Shown: positions 43,747 to 52,888 of the stretch, one piece after another | How the letters are laid out: each line of letters opens with the position of its first letter | Numbering within the stretch: position 1 is the first letter of the stretch | IMG/VR virus record: IMGVR_UViG_2912445111_000002 | Location: 1,296 to 65,295 of that record | Length of the DNA: 64,000 bases | DNA from: a virus | Strand: one strand, 5' to 3' | The notes under the pieces: model-generated | Seen by the model: the letters and a program-made list of their open reading frames with translations, nothing else | Database searches by the model: none | What the model was told of the DNA's origin: nothing | Made by a program: the position numbers and the translations under genes

Positions 43747-45380
43747 TGTCCAATTCCGTCCAAATTCTCGACTCGAGCGGCAAACCGTTTGAGCCGAAGC
43801 GCTCGCGCGCCTCGATGCTGGTCGGAGGTGGGCATACGCCCTATGATGCCGCCGACATCTGGGGCTCGCATATGGCTGAGTGGCAGCCATATTTGTGGTC
43901 GCCCGATGGCGAGCTCAACGTCTATCGTGATCGCATTGTCTCGCGCATTCGGGACGTCGTTCGCAATGATGGCTGGGCTTCGGCCGCGGTCACTCGCACG
44001 ATTGACAACGTCATCGGCGCGGACTTTCGGCCGGTTGCGAAGCCGGATTGGATTGCTTTGCGGTCCATGACCGGTATCAAAGGATTCGATCACGTTTGGG
44101 CGGATGAATTCGCTCGAGCGGTCGAGGCTAACTATCGCGCATGGGCTTATGACCCCGGCCGCTATTGCGACACGCAGCGCAATCTGACAGTGCCCCAGAT
44201 GATGGCGCTCGCCTTTCGGCATAAATGCGTCGACGGCGATGCGCTTGGGATGATGCATTGGCGCCCGCAACGGATCGGCGTCGGCAAGGCGCGTTATGCG
44301 ACGGTGCTGCAGATCATCGACCCGGATCGCCTGTCGAATCCTCAACTACGCTTCGATCAGCAAACGATGCGCGGCGGCGTCGAGGTCGACGAAGACGGTG
44401 CCGCCGTCGCATATTGGATTCGCCGTGCGCACCAAGGGGACTGGTTCAGCGCGGAAAAGAGTCTGCACTGGGATCGAATTCTCCGTGAGACGGATTGGGG
44501 GCGTCCGATCATCGTTCATGACTTCGATCATGACCGGGCCGCGCAACACCGCGGCGGCGCCGGCATGCTCGCGCCGGTACTTCAGCGTCTCAAGATGCTG
44601 ATCAAGTATGACGGCACAGAACTTGATGCGGCGATTATTAACGCGATCTTCGCAGCCTATATCGAAAGCCCGTTCGATGATCAGTTGGTAGCCGAATCCT
44701 TGGATGACGGCGAGCATCTGATGACGTATCAGAATCATCGTCGCGAATTCCATGAAGAGCGCAAGCTCTCGATCGGCAATTCGCGCATGCCGCACCTGTT
44801 CCCCGGCGAGAAGATCGCAACCGTTGCTCCCGCGCGGCCGAACGGCAATTTCGCAGAGTTCGAAAGCGCCATGCTGCGGAACATTGCTGCCGGCACTGGC
44901 ACCTCGGCGCAGATGATCAGCCAGAACTGGGCGGACGTGAATTACTCGTCCTACCGGGCGGCAATGCTTGAGGTCTGGAAGACATTCCACCGTCGGCGCA
45001 CAAATTTCGCGATGGGATTCGGCCAGCCAGTCTGGTGCGCATTCCTCGAGGAGTCAATGTCGGTCGACGATGTTCCGTTGCCGGCCGGCGCCCCCGATTT
45101 CATGGAATGTCGAGTTGCATACTCGCGCGCTCGCTGGATGGGGCCGGGCCGCGGATATGTTGACCCCGTCAAAGAGAAGCAAGGCGCGATCATGGGCATG
45201 GATGCGGGTCTGTCCAATCTCGACAAGGAATCCGCCGAGCTTACGGGCGATGACTGGCGCGAAACGGTGTCGCAACGCGCTGTCGAGCGCCAATTCTTCA
45301 AGGAACTTGGCATGCCGATCCCTGAGGCTCTTTCTGGCGGCGACGCCTCCCAATCGAAAACTCCTCCGGAGGCCGAATGA
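43746..45380 (+). CDS. Portal protein, lambda family
   Basis: RDVVRND, VNYSSYRAAM, VDPVKE motifs. Confidence 0.93.
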   Translation: MSNSVQILDSSGKPFEPKRSRASMLVGGGHTPYDAADIWGSHMAEWQPYLWSPDGELNVYRDRIVSRIRDVVRNDGWASAAVTRTIDNVIGADFRPVAKPDWIALRSMTGIKGFDHVWADEFARAVEANYRAWAYDPGRYCDTQRNLTVPQMMALAFRHKCVDGDALGMMHWRPQRIGVGKARYATVLQIIDPDRLSNPQLRFDQQTMRGGVEVDEDGAAVAYWIRRAHQGDWFSAEKSLHWDRILRETDWGRPIIVHDFDHDRAAQHRGGAGMLAPVLQRLKMLIKYDGTELDAAIINAIFAAYIESPFDDQLVAESLDDGEHLMTYQNHRREFHEERKLSIGNSRMPHLFPGEKIATVAPARPNGNFAEFESAMLRNIAAGTGTSAQMISQNWADVNYSSYRAAMLEVWKTFHRRRTNFAMGFGQPVWCAFLEESMSVDDVPLPAGAPDFMECRVAYSRARWMGPGRGYVDPVKEKQGAIMGMDAGLSNLDKESAELTGDDWRETVSQRAVERQFFKELGMPIPEALSGGDASQSKTPPEAE

Positions 45381-46258
45381 ATCACCTACTGCCGCGGCTC
45401 GCGCAGCGCGCGTTCAACGTGCCGTGGGCACTCCATCCCACGAAGGCTGAGGTCATCCTCGCTGCGCTCGCGGATCGCATGGGCATCAGTCAGATGCTCC
45501 GCATGGACGGCTCCGTCGTCCCGAGGGCAATGGAGGATGACGAATACGGCTTTGCCGAGCCTGGTCGCAATCCACGCACCGGTTATGACATGGTCGGACC
45601 GATCGCCGTTATTCCGGTGCAAGGCACGCTAGTGCAGAAGCTCGGATGCCTCCGCCCGTGGTCGGGCATGTCAGGCTATGACGGCATCCGTCAAAACCTG
45701 TTTGCCGCACTGGGCGATCCCGCTGTCGAGGCGATCGTCTTCGATATCGACAGCCCGGGAGGCGAGGTCGCTGGATGCTTTGATCTGTGCGACGTGATCT
45801 ATAGCGCCCGTGGCCAAAAGCCGATGTGGTCGATTCTCAACGAATCTGCCTATAGCGCGGCATATGCCATTGCCAGCGCAACGGACCGCATCACGGTCCC
45901 GCGTACTGGTGGCGTGGGCAGCGTGGGTGTCATCTGCGCTCACGTTGACCTGAGCCAAGCGCTCACGACCGCCGGCGTCAAAGTGACTTTCATCACCTAC
46001 GGCGACCGCAAGGCCGACGGCCATTCTGAAATCCCCCTCTCCGACGAAGCGCGAGCGCGCTTTCAGGCAGATATCGACACGATGGGCGGACTGTTCGTTG
46101 AAACAGTCGCCCGCAACAGATCCATCGCGGCCGCCACGGTCCGTGACTGGCAAGCCTCGACGTTCATGGGCGACAAAGGTGTCGCTCTCGGACTCGCGGA
46201 TGAAGTGGCGGCACCCGACGCCGCGTTTCGGGCCCTGATCAAGCAGATCGGCTCCTAA
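45377..46258 (+). CDS. S49 capsid maturation protease
   Basis: DIDSPGG, AYSAAYAIAS, GSVGV. Confidence 0.92.
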   Translation: MNHLLPRLAQRAFNVPWALHPTKAEVILAALADRMGISQMLRMDGSVVPRAMEDDEYGFAEPGRNPRTGYDMVGPIAVIPVQGTLVQKLGCLRPWSGMSGYDGIRQNLFAALGDPAVEAIVFDIDSPGGEVAGCFDLCDVIYSARGQKPMWSILNESAYSAAYAIASATDRITVPRTGGVGSVGVICAHVDLSQALTTAGVKVTFITYGDRKADGHSEIPLSDEARARFQADIDTMGGLFVETVARNRSIAAATVRDWQASTFMGDKGVALGLADEVAAPDAAFRALIKQIGS

Positions 46259-46283
46259 ACCATCTCCCCAAGGAAGCACATAG

Positions 46284-46940
46284 ATGAGCAAGCTCACGAA
46301 GCTCGCGAGCGCGATGCCGTTCGCCCATTACCTCGGCCTTTCCGCAGCACGCATCGAAGAAAGCACCGAAGACGACGAGCGCAAGCAGCGCGACGGCGAG
46401 TCGGACGACGAGTATGCCAAGCGCATGGAAGATCTCGACGACGAAGAGGCGAAAAAAGCTGAGGAAGAAAAGAAGAATGAAGAAGAGGCCAAGAAAGCCG
46501 AAGAGGAAAAGCGCAAGGAAGAGGAAGCCAAGAAGGCGAAGCGCGCCGAAGACGGCAATGATGAAGACGGCGACGACGCCGATATGGAAGAGGATGATGA
46601 AGATGAAAAGCGCGAAGGTCGCGCTCAAGGTGCTCGTCAGCGCGAACGCATTCGTTGCGCCCGCATTCTCGCCGCTGGCATCAAGGCCGGCCGCGTGAAT
46701 CAGGCTTGTGTCTTTGCCTTCAACAGCAAGCTCTCGTCGTCGGCCGCCATTGCCGCTCTTGGTGCGGCAGACCTCGACGCCCCGAAGACCGCTGCGCGAC
46801 GGCCGTCGATCGACGAGCGCATGGCCGCAGTGAAGACCCCGAATCCCGGTGCGAATAGCGGCCCCGCACCGAGCGCCGATCCAGCCAAAGCAATGGCCGA
46901 TCGCATCGTTGCCGCTGGTGAGCGCATCGTTCGCAAATGA
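46284..46940 (+). CDS. Putative scaffolding protein
   Basis: Highly charged; ERIRCARIL; between protease and decoration protein. Confidence 0.65.
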   Translation: MSKLTKLASAMPFAHYLGLSAARIEESTEDDERKQRDGESDDEYAKRMEDLDDEEAKKAEEEKKNEEEAKKAEEEKRKEEEAKKAKRAEDGNDEDGDDADMEEDDEDEKREGRAQGARQRERIRCARILAAGIKAGRVNQACVFAFNSKLSSSAAIAALGAADLDAPKTAARRPSIDERMAAVKTPNPGANSGPAPSADPAKAMADRIVAAGERIVRK

Positions 46941-46983
46941 TGCCCGCCTAATTCGCATCCCCCTCAATATAAGGAGTAGTTAG

Positions 46984-47994
46984 ATGACGCTCAATGTCAG
47001 CACCATCGGCGAGAACCCGCAACTGCCCGGGATTACCGCCGAAACTTTCGTCCCGGATCAGCTTATCGCGGGCAACCTCAAGCTCGTTACGGATACGGTG
47101 ACGATTGCTGCCAACCAGGTTCTTCCGCGCGGTGCTCTGCTTGGCCAGAGCCTGCTTGGCACGGTCGCGGCCAGCACGGGCAAGACGTTCGCCAGCGGCA
47201 CCATCGCCGTGCCGGCGCTTCCGACTGCCGGTGACACCGTGACCATCGCCGGCACGGCCGTCACGTTCGTTGCTGCAAACCCTGTGGGCAATCAGGTTTT
47301 GATTGGCGCTACCGCTGCTGCTACCGCAGTGAACTTCGTCAACTTCCTGGTTGGCTCGAGCGACGCGAACCTCGTCAAATGCACGTACTCGCTCAGTGGC
47401 TCGACGATCACCGCAACGGCTGCTGCGATCGGTACGGGTGGTAACGCGATCACGCTCGCGACGTCCGATAGTTCGGCCTTCACGCTGTCCGGCGCAACCC
47501 TTTCGGGCGGCACGGCCAACGCTGGCACCGCAACTGTTGGCAGCATTTCGGCCGGCCCGAACCTCAAGACCGGCAACTACACCGTCGTGCTGACGAGCGC
47601 TACGCAGGGCAACGTCTTCGATCCGACCGGCGATCAGCTCGGCGTTACGACGATGGGCGCGGCGTTCACCGATTCGCAGATCACCTTCACGATCACGACG
47701 GGTGGCTCGCCTGCGGCCGGCGATCAGTTCGTGCTGACTGCTGCGCGCGGCAGCGGCGGATACGTACTCGCGACGGCTTCGGCAACGGACGGCAGCCAGA
47801 GCCCGACGGCGATCCTCGTCAACAATGTCGACACGACGCTCGGCGCGAAGACTGCGGGCGTCTATCTGATGGGCGAATTCAACGTGAACGCTATGACCTT
47901 CGGCGCCGGCATCACGGTCGCTGCGGCCAAAGCTGCGCTGCGTCCGCTCGATATCTTTCTCAAGAACGCGGTGTCCGCTGCGGACCCGAGCTAA
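46984..47994 (+). CDS. Head decoration protein (gpD-like) with large insertion
   Basis: PDQLIAG...RGALLG and [10 protein letters not shown]...YLMGEFN termini. Confidence 0.8.
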   Translation: MTLNVSTIGENPQLPGITAETFVPDQLIAGNLKLVTDTVTIAANQVLPRGALLGQSLLGTVAASTGKTFASGTIAVPALPTAGDTVTIAGTAVTFVAANPVGNQVLIGATAAATAVNFVNFLVGSSDANLVKCTYSLSGSTITATAAAIGTGGNAITLATSDSSAFTLSGATLSGGTANAGTATVGSISAGPNLKTGNYTVVLTSATQGNVFDPTGDQLGVTTMGAAFTDSQITFTITTGGSPAAGDQFVLTAARGSGGYVLATASATDGSQSPTAILVNNVDTTLGAKTAGVYLMGEFNVNAMTFGAGITVAAAKAALRPLDIFLKNAVSAADPS

Positions 47995-48016
47995 CCCAAC
48001 CATTCGCAGCCTCGTG

Positions 48017-48046
48017 AAAGCCCCGCTCCGGCGGGGCTTTTTCTTT
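48017..48046 (+). terminator. Intrinsic terminator
   Basis: AAAGCCCCGC-TCCG-GCGGGGCTTTTTCTTT. Confidence 0.8.
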
Positions 48047-48078
48047 GGGCGCCCGGATTCCTCCTGGAGATCTAAACC

Positions 48079-49140
48079 GTGCTGATTTACGATACCAACA
48101 CCCTGATTCAGGTCGTCCCCAACCTGAAACTGGCCCAGCAATTCCTGCTGGACAAGTTTTTCCCGAACATCGTCACGTCGGACACCGAAAAGGTGTCGAT
48201 CGATATCGACGTCGGTAAGCGCCGGATGGCACCGTTCGTCTCGCCGCTGGTCGAAGGCAAGCTCGTCGAACAACGTCGCTACCAGACGAACGAATTCACG
48301 CCGGCCTACATCAAGGACAAGCGCGCGCCCGACCTGCTGAAGCCCGTCCGCCGTATGATCGGCGAGCGCATCGGCGGCGAACTGACCGGCGAAGAGCGCG
48401 AAATGGCAAACCTGTATGCCGAAATGGCCGATCAGGTGGACATCCTCAACCGCCGTCTTGAATGGATGGCTGCACAAGCTCTTTCCACGGGAACGGTGAC
48501 GGTTTCTGGCGAAGGCTATGAAACGGTTGTGGTCGATTTCGGCCGCGATGCATCGCTGACGGTCGCATTGACCGGGAATCAGACCTGGACGTCCGCGAAC
48601 GTCAAGGCCGACGGTACGGGAACTTCTAGCCCGTCGACCTACATCGACGCATGGCAGCGCCAGATTCTCAAAACGTCGGGCGCCAAGGTCACGGACATCA
48701 TCTTCACGACGAGTGCGTGGGAGGGCTTTAAGCTTGATCCGGCGCTGAAGGGCGCAATTTTGTTCCCGGCTCTCAGCCCGCTCGGTAACGTGATCAACCC
48801 GGGTGCACAAATCGAGCAAGGTGCCGTCTACATGGGTCACTGGGGCCAATATGATCTGTGGCTCTACAACGACTGGTATGTGAACGACAACAACCAGGAA
48901 GTGCCGATGCTGACTGACGGCACGGTCATCATGAGCGGCGCGAATCTGCTTGGCACGCGCGCGTTCGGCATGATCAAGGATCCGGCCTTCAACTATAAGG
49001 CGCTGCCATATGCGCCGAAGACCTGGGTTTCGGAAGACCCGGCGCAGCGCTACATCATGATGCAGTCGTCCCCGATCGTGATTCCGAGCCGGGTCAACGC
49101 ATCGTTTGCTGCGACCGTCTGTCCGCCGGTCTATAGCTAA
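48079..49140 (+). CDS. Major capsid protein, lambda gpE family
   Basis: FLLDKFFP, MAPFVSP, RLEWMAAQALSTG, DP...QSSP. Confidence 0.92.
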   Translation: MLIYDTNTLIQVVPNLKLAQQFLLDKFFPNIVTSDTEKVSIDIDVGKRRMAPFVSPLVEGKLVEQRRYQTNEFTPAYIKDKRAPDLLKPVRRMIGERIGGELTGEEREMANLYAEMADQVDILNRRLEWMAAQALSTGTVTVSGEGYETVVVDFGRDASLTVALTGNQTWTSANVKADGTGTSSPSTYIDAWQRQILKTSGAKVTDIIFTTSAWEGFKLDPALKGAILFPALSPLGNVINPGAQIEQGAVYMGHWGQYDLWLYNDWYVNDNNQEVPMLTDGTVIMSGANLLGTRAFGMIKDPAFNYKALPYAPKTWVSEDPAQRYIMMQSSPIVIPSRVNASFAATVCPPVYS

Positions 49141-49421
49141 TGGCTGGCCCGCAGAAACGAGATTCCGGCGGTTCGCCGCCGCCGGATCGCGAATCCATTG
49201 CCGCGTCGGAATATGTCGTCGCGCGGGGGCGTTCTCTCATGGTCGACGGAAAGCTGCATGGCCCGGGTGCAGCAGTTTCTCTCCCGACGGACGAACTTGA
49301 TCACCTCCTTGCTGCTGGCTTCGTTTCTCGCTCGGAGCCGGAGCAATCGTCCGGCCCCGGCGTGCGCGTCGGCGGCTTGCAGATCAAGGGCGGTCGAAAA
49401 CCTGGCGCTACTGTCGCCTAA
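49140..49421 (+). CDS. Hypothetical virion protein (gpFI position)
   Basis: TAATG coupling after capsid. Confidence 0.6.
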   Translation: MAGPQKRDSGGSPPPDRESIAASEYVVARGRSLMVDGKLHGPGAAVSLPTDELDHLLAAGFVSRSEPEQSSGPGVRVGGLQIKGGRKPGATVA

Positions 49422-49427
49422 ATTGCC

Positions 49428-49757
49428 ATGGTCGATTGGGACAAGCTAGTAATCGGCCCGCTGATGGGTGTTTTCGGTGAGGCGGTGACGTATCGCCCTT
49501 ATGGGAAGGCCGCATATCAGATCACTGGCGTTTTCGATGATGCATACCTCAAGGAAGTGATGTTCGAGGACGCATCGCAGGGCGTGACGGAAGTCAGCGC
49601 AGTGCTCGGCGTTCAACTGTCCCAGTTTGCCTCACCTCCATTTCAGAACGACCAACTATCCGTCGCGAGCGTCAACACGACTTTCATCGTTCGCGAAGTT
49701 CGCACGGATAGTCATGGCGGGGCCAAATTGATGCTGTCGAAAGTGAGTAGCCCATGA
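49428..49757 (+). CDS. Head-tail joining protein (gpFII-like)
   Basis: FGEAVTYRP...ITGVFD; position. Confidence 0.7.
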   Translation: MVDWDKLVIGPLMGVFGEAVTYRPYGKAAYQITGVFDDAYLKEVMFEDASQGVTEVSAVLGVQLSQFASPPFQNDQLSVASVNTTFIVREVRTDSHGGAKLMLSKVSSP

Positions 49758-50398
49758 CGACCTCTGCCGACATTCGGGCGCTGTTCGTGCAAGCGCTATT
49801 CGGCCAGACGTCGGCGGGAAATGCGGTCTATTCGCCATTCGACTGGCCGACCAACCCGTCTCAGTATCCGCTCATCCTCGTCCACGCTCGTAAAGAGCGC
49901 AAGGTATCGCTTGGGCCGAATACGCCTGAGTTTGATGTCTATACGACGGTCGAAATTATCGCTCGCGTTCGGGCGCCTGCTGGGATGGTCGATACCGGGT
50001 CAGTTGCGGCTCTGGCGGGCGCCGAGACCCTAAAGCTTCAGATCGAAGCGACGCTAATCAACAATCCAGATATCTGGGCCGACCCGGCTGGCGGTCAGCG
50101 CATCGAGCAATTCACCTCAGTTGATTCCGAGATCAACACGAGTTCGGAAGGCGAAATGCCTATCGCCGAGTTGGCTATGTCGATCGAAGTGAAGTTCTAC
50201 CAAGGCCCAGAAGACTTCTTCCCGATTCCAGTGCACCCGCTTACGACGGTGAATGTCAACGTCGATACCGCGGCGCCGTTCGATCCGAATGGCACGTACG
50301 CGAATCCGCCCTTCCCTTCTGCGGTGAACCCCGCGCCACGCACCTCCGGGCCTGACGGCCGCAATGAGGGCGCTTTAACCATTTCGCTGCCTCAATAG
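49754..50398 (+). CDS. Tail completion/terminator-like protein
   Basis: Position before the sheath. Confidence 0.6.
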   Translation: MTTSADIRALFVQALFGQTSAGNAVYSPFDWPTNPSQYPLILVHARKERKVSLGPNTPEFDVYTTVEIIARVRAPAGMVDTGSVAALAGAETLKLQIEATLINNPDIWADPAGGQRIEQFTSVDSEINTSSEGEMPIAELAMSIEVKFYQGPEDFFPIPVHPLTTVNVNVDTAAPFDPNGTYANPPFPSAVNPAPRTSGPDGRNEGALTISLPQ

Positions 50399-50408
50399 GA
50401 GCACCCCC

Positions 50409-50585
50409 ATGAAGGTCTACCCGGCTCCGGGCCTCTCTGTGCGAGACCCGGTCACGATGCAATTGCTCGACGAAAACGGGCTTGAAGTCGCTGAAGGCGA
50501 TTTCCATTGGGACCGCATGCTGCGCGACCAGGACGTAACGCTGACGCCCCCGGCAAAGGCCAAGGTCGGAGGTGACAAGCAATGA
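50409..50585 (+). CDS. DUF2635 (Mu gp38-like) protein
   Basis: Hand-translated PAPGLSVRDP...W.RMLRDQDV. Confidence 0.8.
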   Translation: MKVYPAPGLSVRDPVTMQLLDENGLEVAEGDFHWDRMLRDQDVTLTPPAKAKVGGDKQ

Positions 50586-52063
50586 CCATCGGATTCAAAC
50601 AGATTCCGTCGAATCTCCGCGTGCCCCTGTTCTATGCGGAAGTCGACAACAGCCAGGCGAACACGGCGAACAGTAACCAGCGCGCGCTGATCATCGGACA
50701 GATCACCTCGTCCGGCACCGCGACGCCGAACGTTCCGGTTATCTCGCAGGGCATTTCAGATGCAAAGACGCTGGGCGGCCAAGGCTCGATGCTCGCGCAG
50801 ATGACCTACACATATCGCCAGAACGACAACTTCGGCGAAGTATGGTATCTGCCCCTAGCTGACGATCCTTCGGCTATCACTGCGACTGGCTCGATCGCCT
50901 TCACCGCAGCAGCGACGGCAAACGGTACGCTCTCGCTATATATCGGCGGCATCCTGGTGACGACCGTCATCACGTCGACGCAGACCACGGCTCAGATTGC
51001 GACGGCTGTTGCTGCGGCAATCAATGCGATCAATGATCTCGCGGTCACGGCGACGGCGTCGACGACCACGGTCACTATCGCGGCGAAGAATAAGGGCCTC
51101 GCCGGCAACGACATCGACATCCGCGTGAACTATCGCGGTGTGCCGGGCGGCGAAGTGACGCCGACGGGTCTCGCGTTCACGATCACGCCGATGGCAAGCG
51201 GCGCGACGAACCCGAGCCTGACGACGGGCCTCGCGAACCTGCAATCGATGCCGTTCGATTTCATCGTGTGCCCGTACACCGATACGACGTCGCTGGCTTC
51301 GCTGCAATCGTTCCTCAACGATACGACCGGTCGCTGGTCGTGGAGCGTTCAGGTCTACGGCCACTGCTTCTTCGCCTACCGCGGCACCTCGGCAGCGCTT
51401 ACCACGTTCGGCCTGACGCGCAACAACCAGCACGAGTCGTGCATGGGCTTCTACGACTCGCCTACGCCCGTCTGGAAGTGGGCTGCCGCATTCGCAGCCG
51501 CATCGGCTGTGAGCTTGCGCGCCGATCCGGGTGTGCCGCTCCAGACGGTTGTGCTGAACGACGTGCTGGCACCTCCGCTTGCGTCGCAGTTCTCGCTGTC
51601 GCAGCGGAACACCAATCTGTACGACGGCATCTCGACGTTTACGGTCGGCACGGACGGAACGGTGCGCATCGAAAACGCGATCACGACGTATCAGACGAAC
51701 GCCTTCGGTCAGCCGGATAACTCGTATCTTGAAGTCGAGACGATGTTCTTACTGGCGTTCGTGCTGCGCTCACTGGCCACGGTCGTGACGAGCAAGTATG
51801 CGCGCGTGAAGTTGGCAGCGGACGGCACCCGTTTTGCGCCTGGCTCGAACATTGTCACACCGAGCATCATCAAGGCCGACATCATCGCCCAGTATCAGAC
51901 GCTCGAATACAACGGATTCGTGCAGAAGAGCCAGCAGTTTGCGCAAGGGTTGATCGTTCAACAGAACAGCAGCAACCCCAATCGCGTCGACGTTCTCTGG
52001 CCGGGCGTTCTCATCAATCAGTTGCGTATCTTCGCGCTCTTGGCTCAGTTTCGATTGAGCTAA
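50582..52063 (+). CDS. Tail sheath protein, Mu gpL-like
   Basis: IPSNLRVPLFYAEVDNSQA, GQGSMLA, ITTYQTNAFG, NPNRVDV. Confidence 0.93.
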   Translation: MTIGFKQIPSNLRVPLFYAEVDNSQANTANSNQRALIIGQITSSGTATPNVPVISQGISDAKTLGGQGSMLAQMTYTYRQNDNFGEVWYLPLADDPSAITATGSIAFTAAATANGTLSLYIGGILVTTVITSTQTTAQIATAVAAAINAINDLAVTATASTTTVTIAAKNKGLAGNDIDIRVNYRGVPGGEVTPTGLAFTITPMASGATNPSLTTGLANLQSMPFDFIVCPYTDTTSLASLQSFLNDTTGRWSWSVQVYGHCFFAYRGTSAALTTFGLTRNNQHESCMGFYDSPTPVWKWAAAFAAASAVSLRADPGVPLQTVVLNDVLAPPLASQFSLSQRNTNLYDGISTFTVGTDGTVRIENAITTYQTNAFGQPDNSYLEVETMFLLAFVLRSLATVVTSKYARVKLAADGTRFAPGSNIVTPSIIKADIIAQYQTLEYNGFVQKSQQFAQGLIVQQNSSNPNRVDVLWPGVLINQLRIFALLAQFRLS

Positions 52064-52078
52064 TCCCAGTCAACCTAG

Positions 52079-52100
52079 GCCGCCTCCGGGCGGCTTCTTT
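52079..52100 (+). terminator. Hairpin/terminator GCCGCCTCCGGGCGGC (identical copy at 62532-62547)
   Basis: GC stem plus U-rich tail. Confidence 0.6.
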
Positions 52101-52102
52101 AT

Positions 52103-52483
52103 TTGGAGGCCAAATTGGCTGACAACACGAACAGGCTGGCCGGGATTGCCTTTATCTCGGTCGACGGTCAGAACTACATGCTTCAGGGGGACTTGACTTA
52201 TCGAGTCTCGACTATCGAGCGCGAATCTCTGATCGGGCAGGACACCGTTCACGGCTACAGCGAAAAGCCGTCGACGGGCATGATATCCGGCACGCTGCGC
52301 GACGCCAAGAATCTGAGCGTCGCATCGTTTAACTCAATGACGAACAGCACCGTCGTGCTTCAGTTGGCGAACGGCAAGACGATCATCGGAAGGTCGATGT
52401 GGTGCGTTGATGTTCAAGAAGTCAAGACGGCTGAGGCGACTTTCGAAGTGAAGTTCGAAGGCCCGTTCGTAAGTGAGAACTGA
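52103..52483 (+). CDS. Tail tube protein, Mu-like
   Basis: RLAGIAFISVDG...RESLIGQDTVHGYSE...LANGK. Confidence 0.85.
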   Translation: MEAKLADNTNRLAGIAFISVDGQNYMLQGDLTYRVSTIERESLIGQDTVHGYSEKPSTGMISGTLRDAKNLSVASFNSMTNSTVVLQLANGKTIIGRSMWCVDVQEVKTAEATFEVKFEGPFVSEN

Positions 52484-52484
52484 T

Positions 52485-52888
52485 ATGCAGCCTGAAGAAA
52501 AAATCATGAAGCTTCGTAAGCCGGTCTCGATCGGCTCGGGAGAAGGCGCTGTGACTTACGAGTCGCTGAACCTGCGCGAGCCGACCGCTGGCGAGCTCGA
52601 CAAGGCCATGTCGGCGTCGACGAACATCGGCATCGGCATCATGCTGATTAGCCTGGTGGCTGGCGTGCCGAAACTCGCTATCGAGAAACTCTGCCAGCGT
52701 GATTTCACGGAGGCGAACGAGTATCTCGGGGGTTTTACAGACGATGGCCAGACGGATGCGGAAACGTAGTCGCAACCGTTACCTACTTCTTTAGGTGGGG
52801 GCCGGAGGACGCGTGGAAACTTAGCCTCTCCCGGCTGGCCTGGTGGTATGAGCAGGCTGAACTAATAAAGAAAGAGATGGAGTCGTAA
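52485..52888 (+). CDS. Tail assembly chaperone (52485-52769) with -1 frameshift extension to 52888
   Basis: LREPTAGEL; slippery G GGT TTT at 52730-52736; -1 frame reads FFRWGPEDAWKLSLSRLAWWYEQA up to the tape measure start. Confidence 0.8.
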
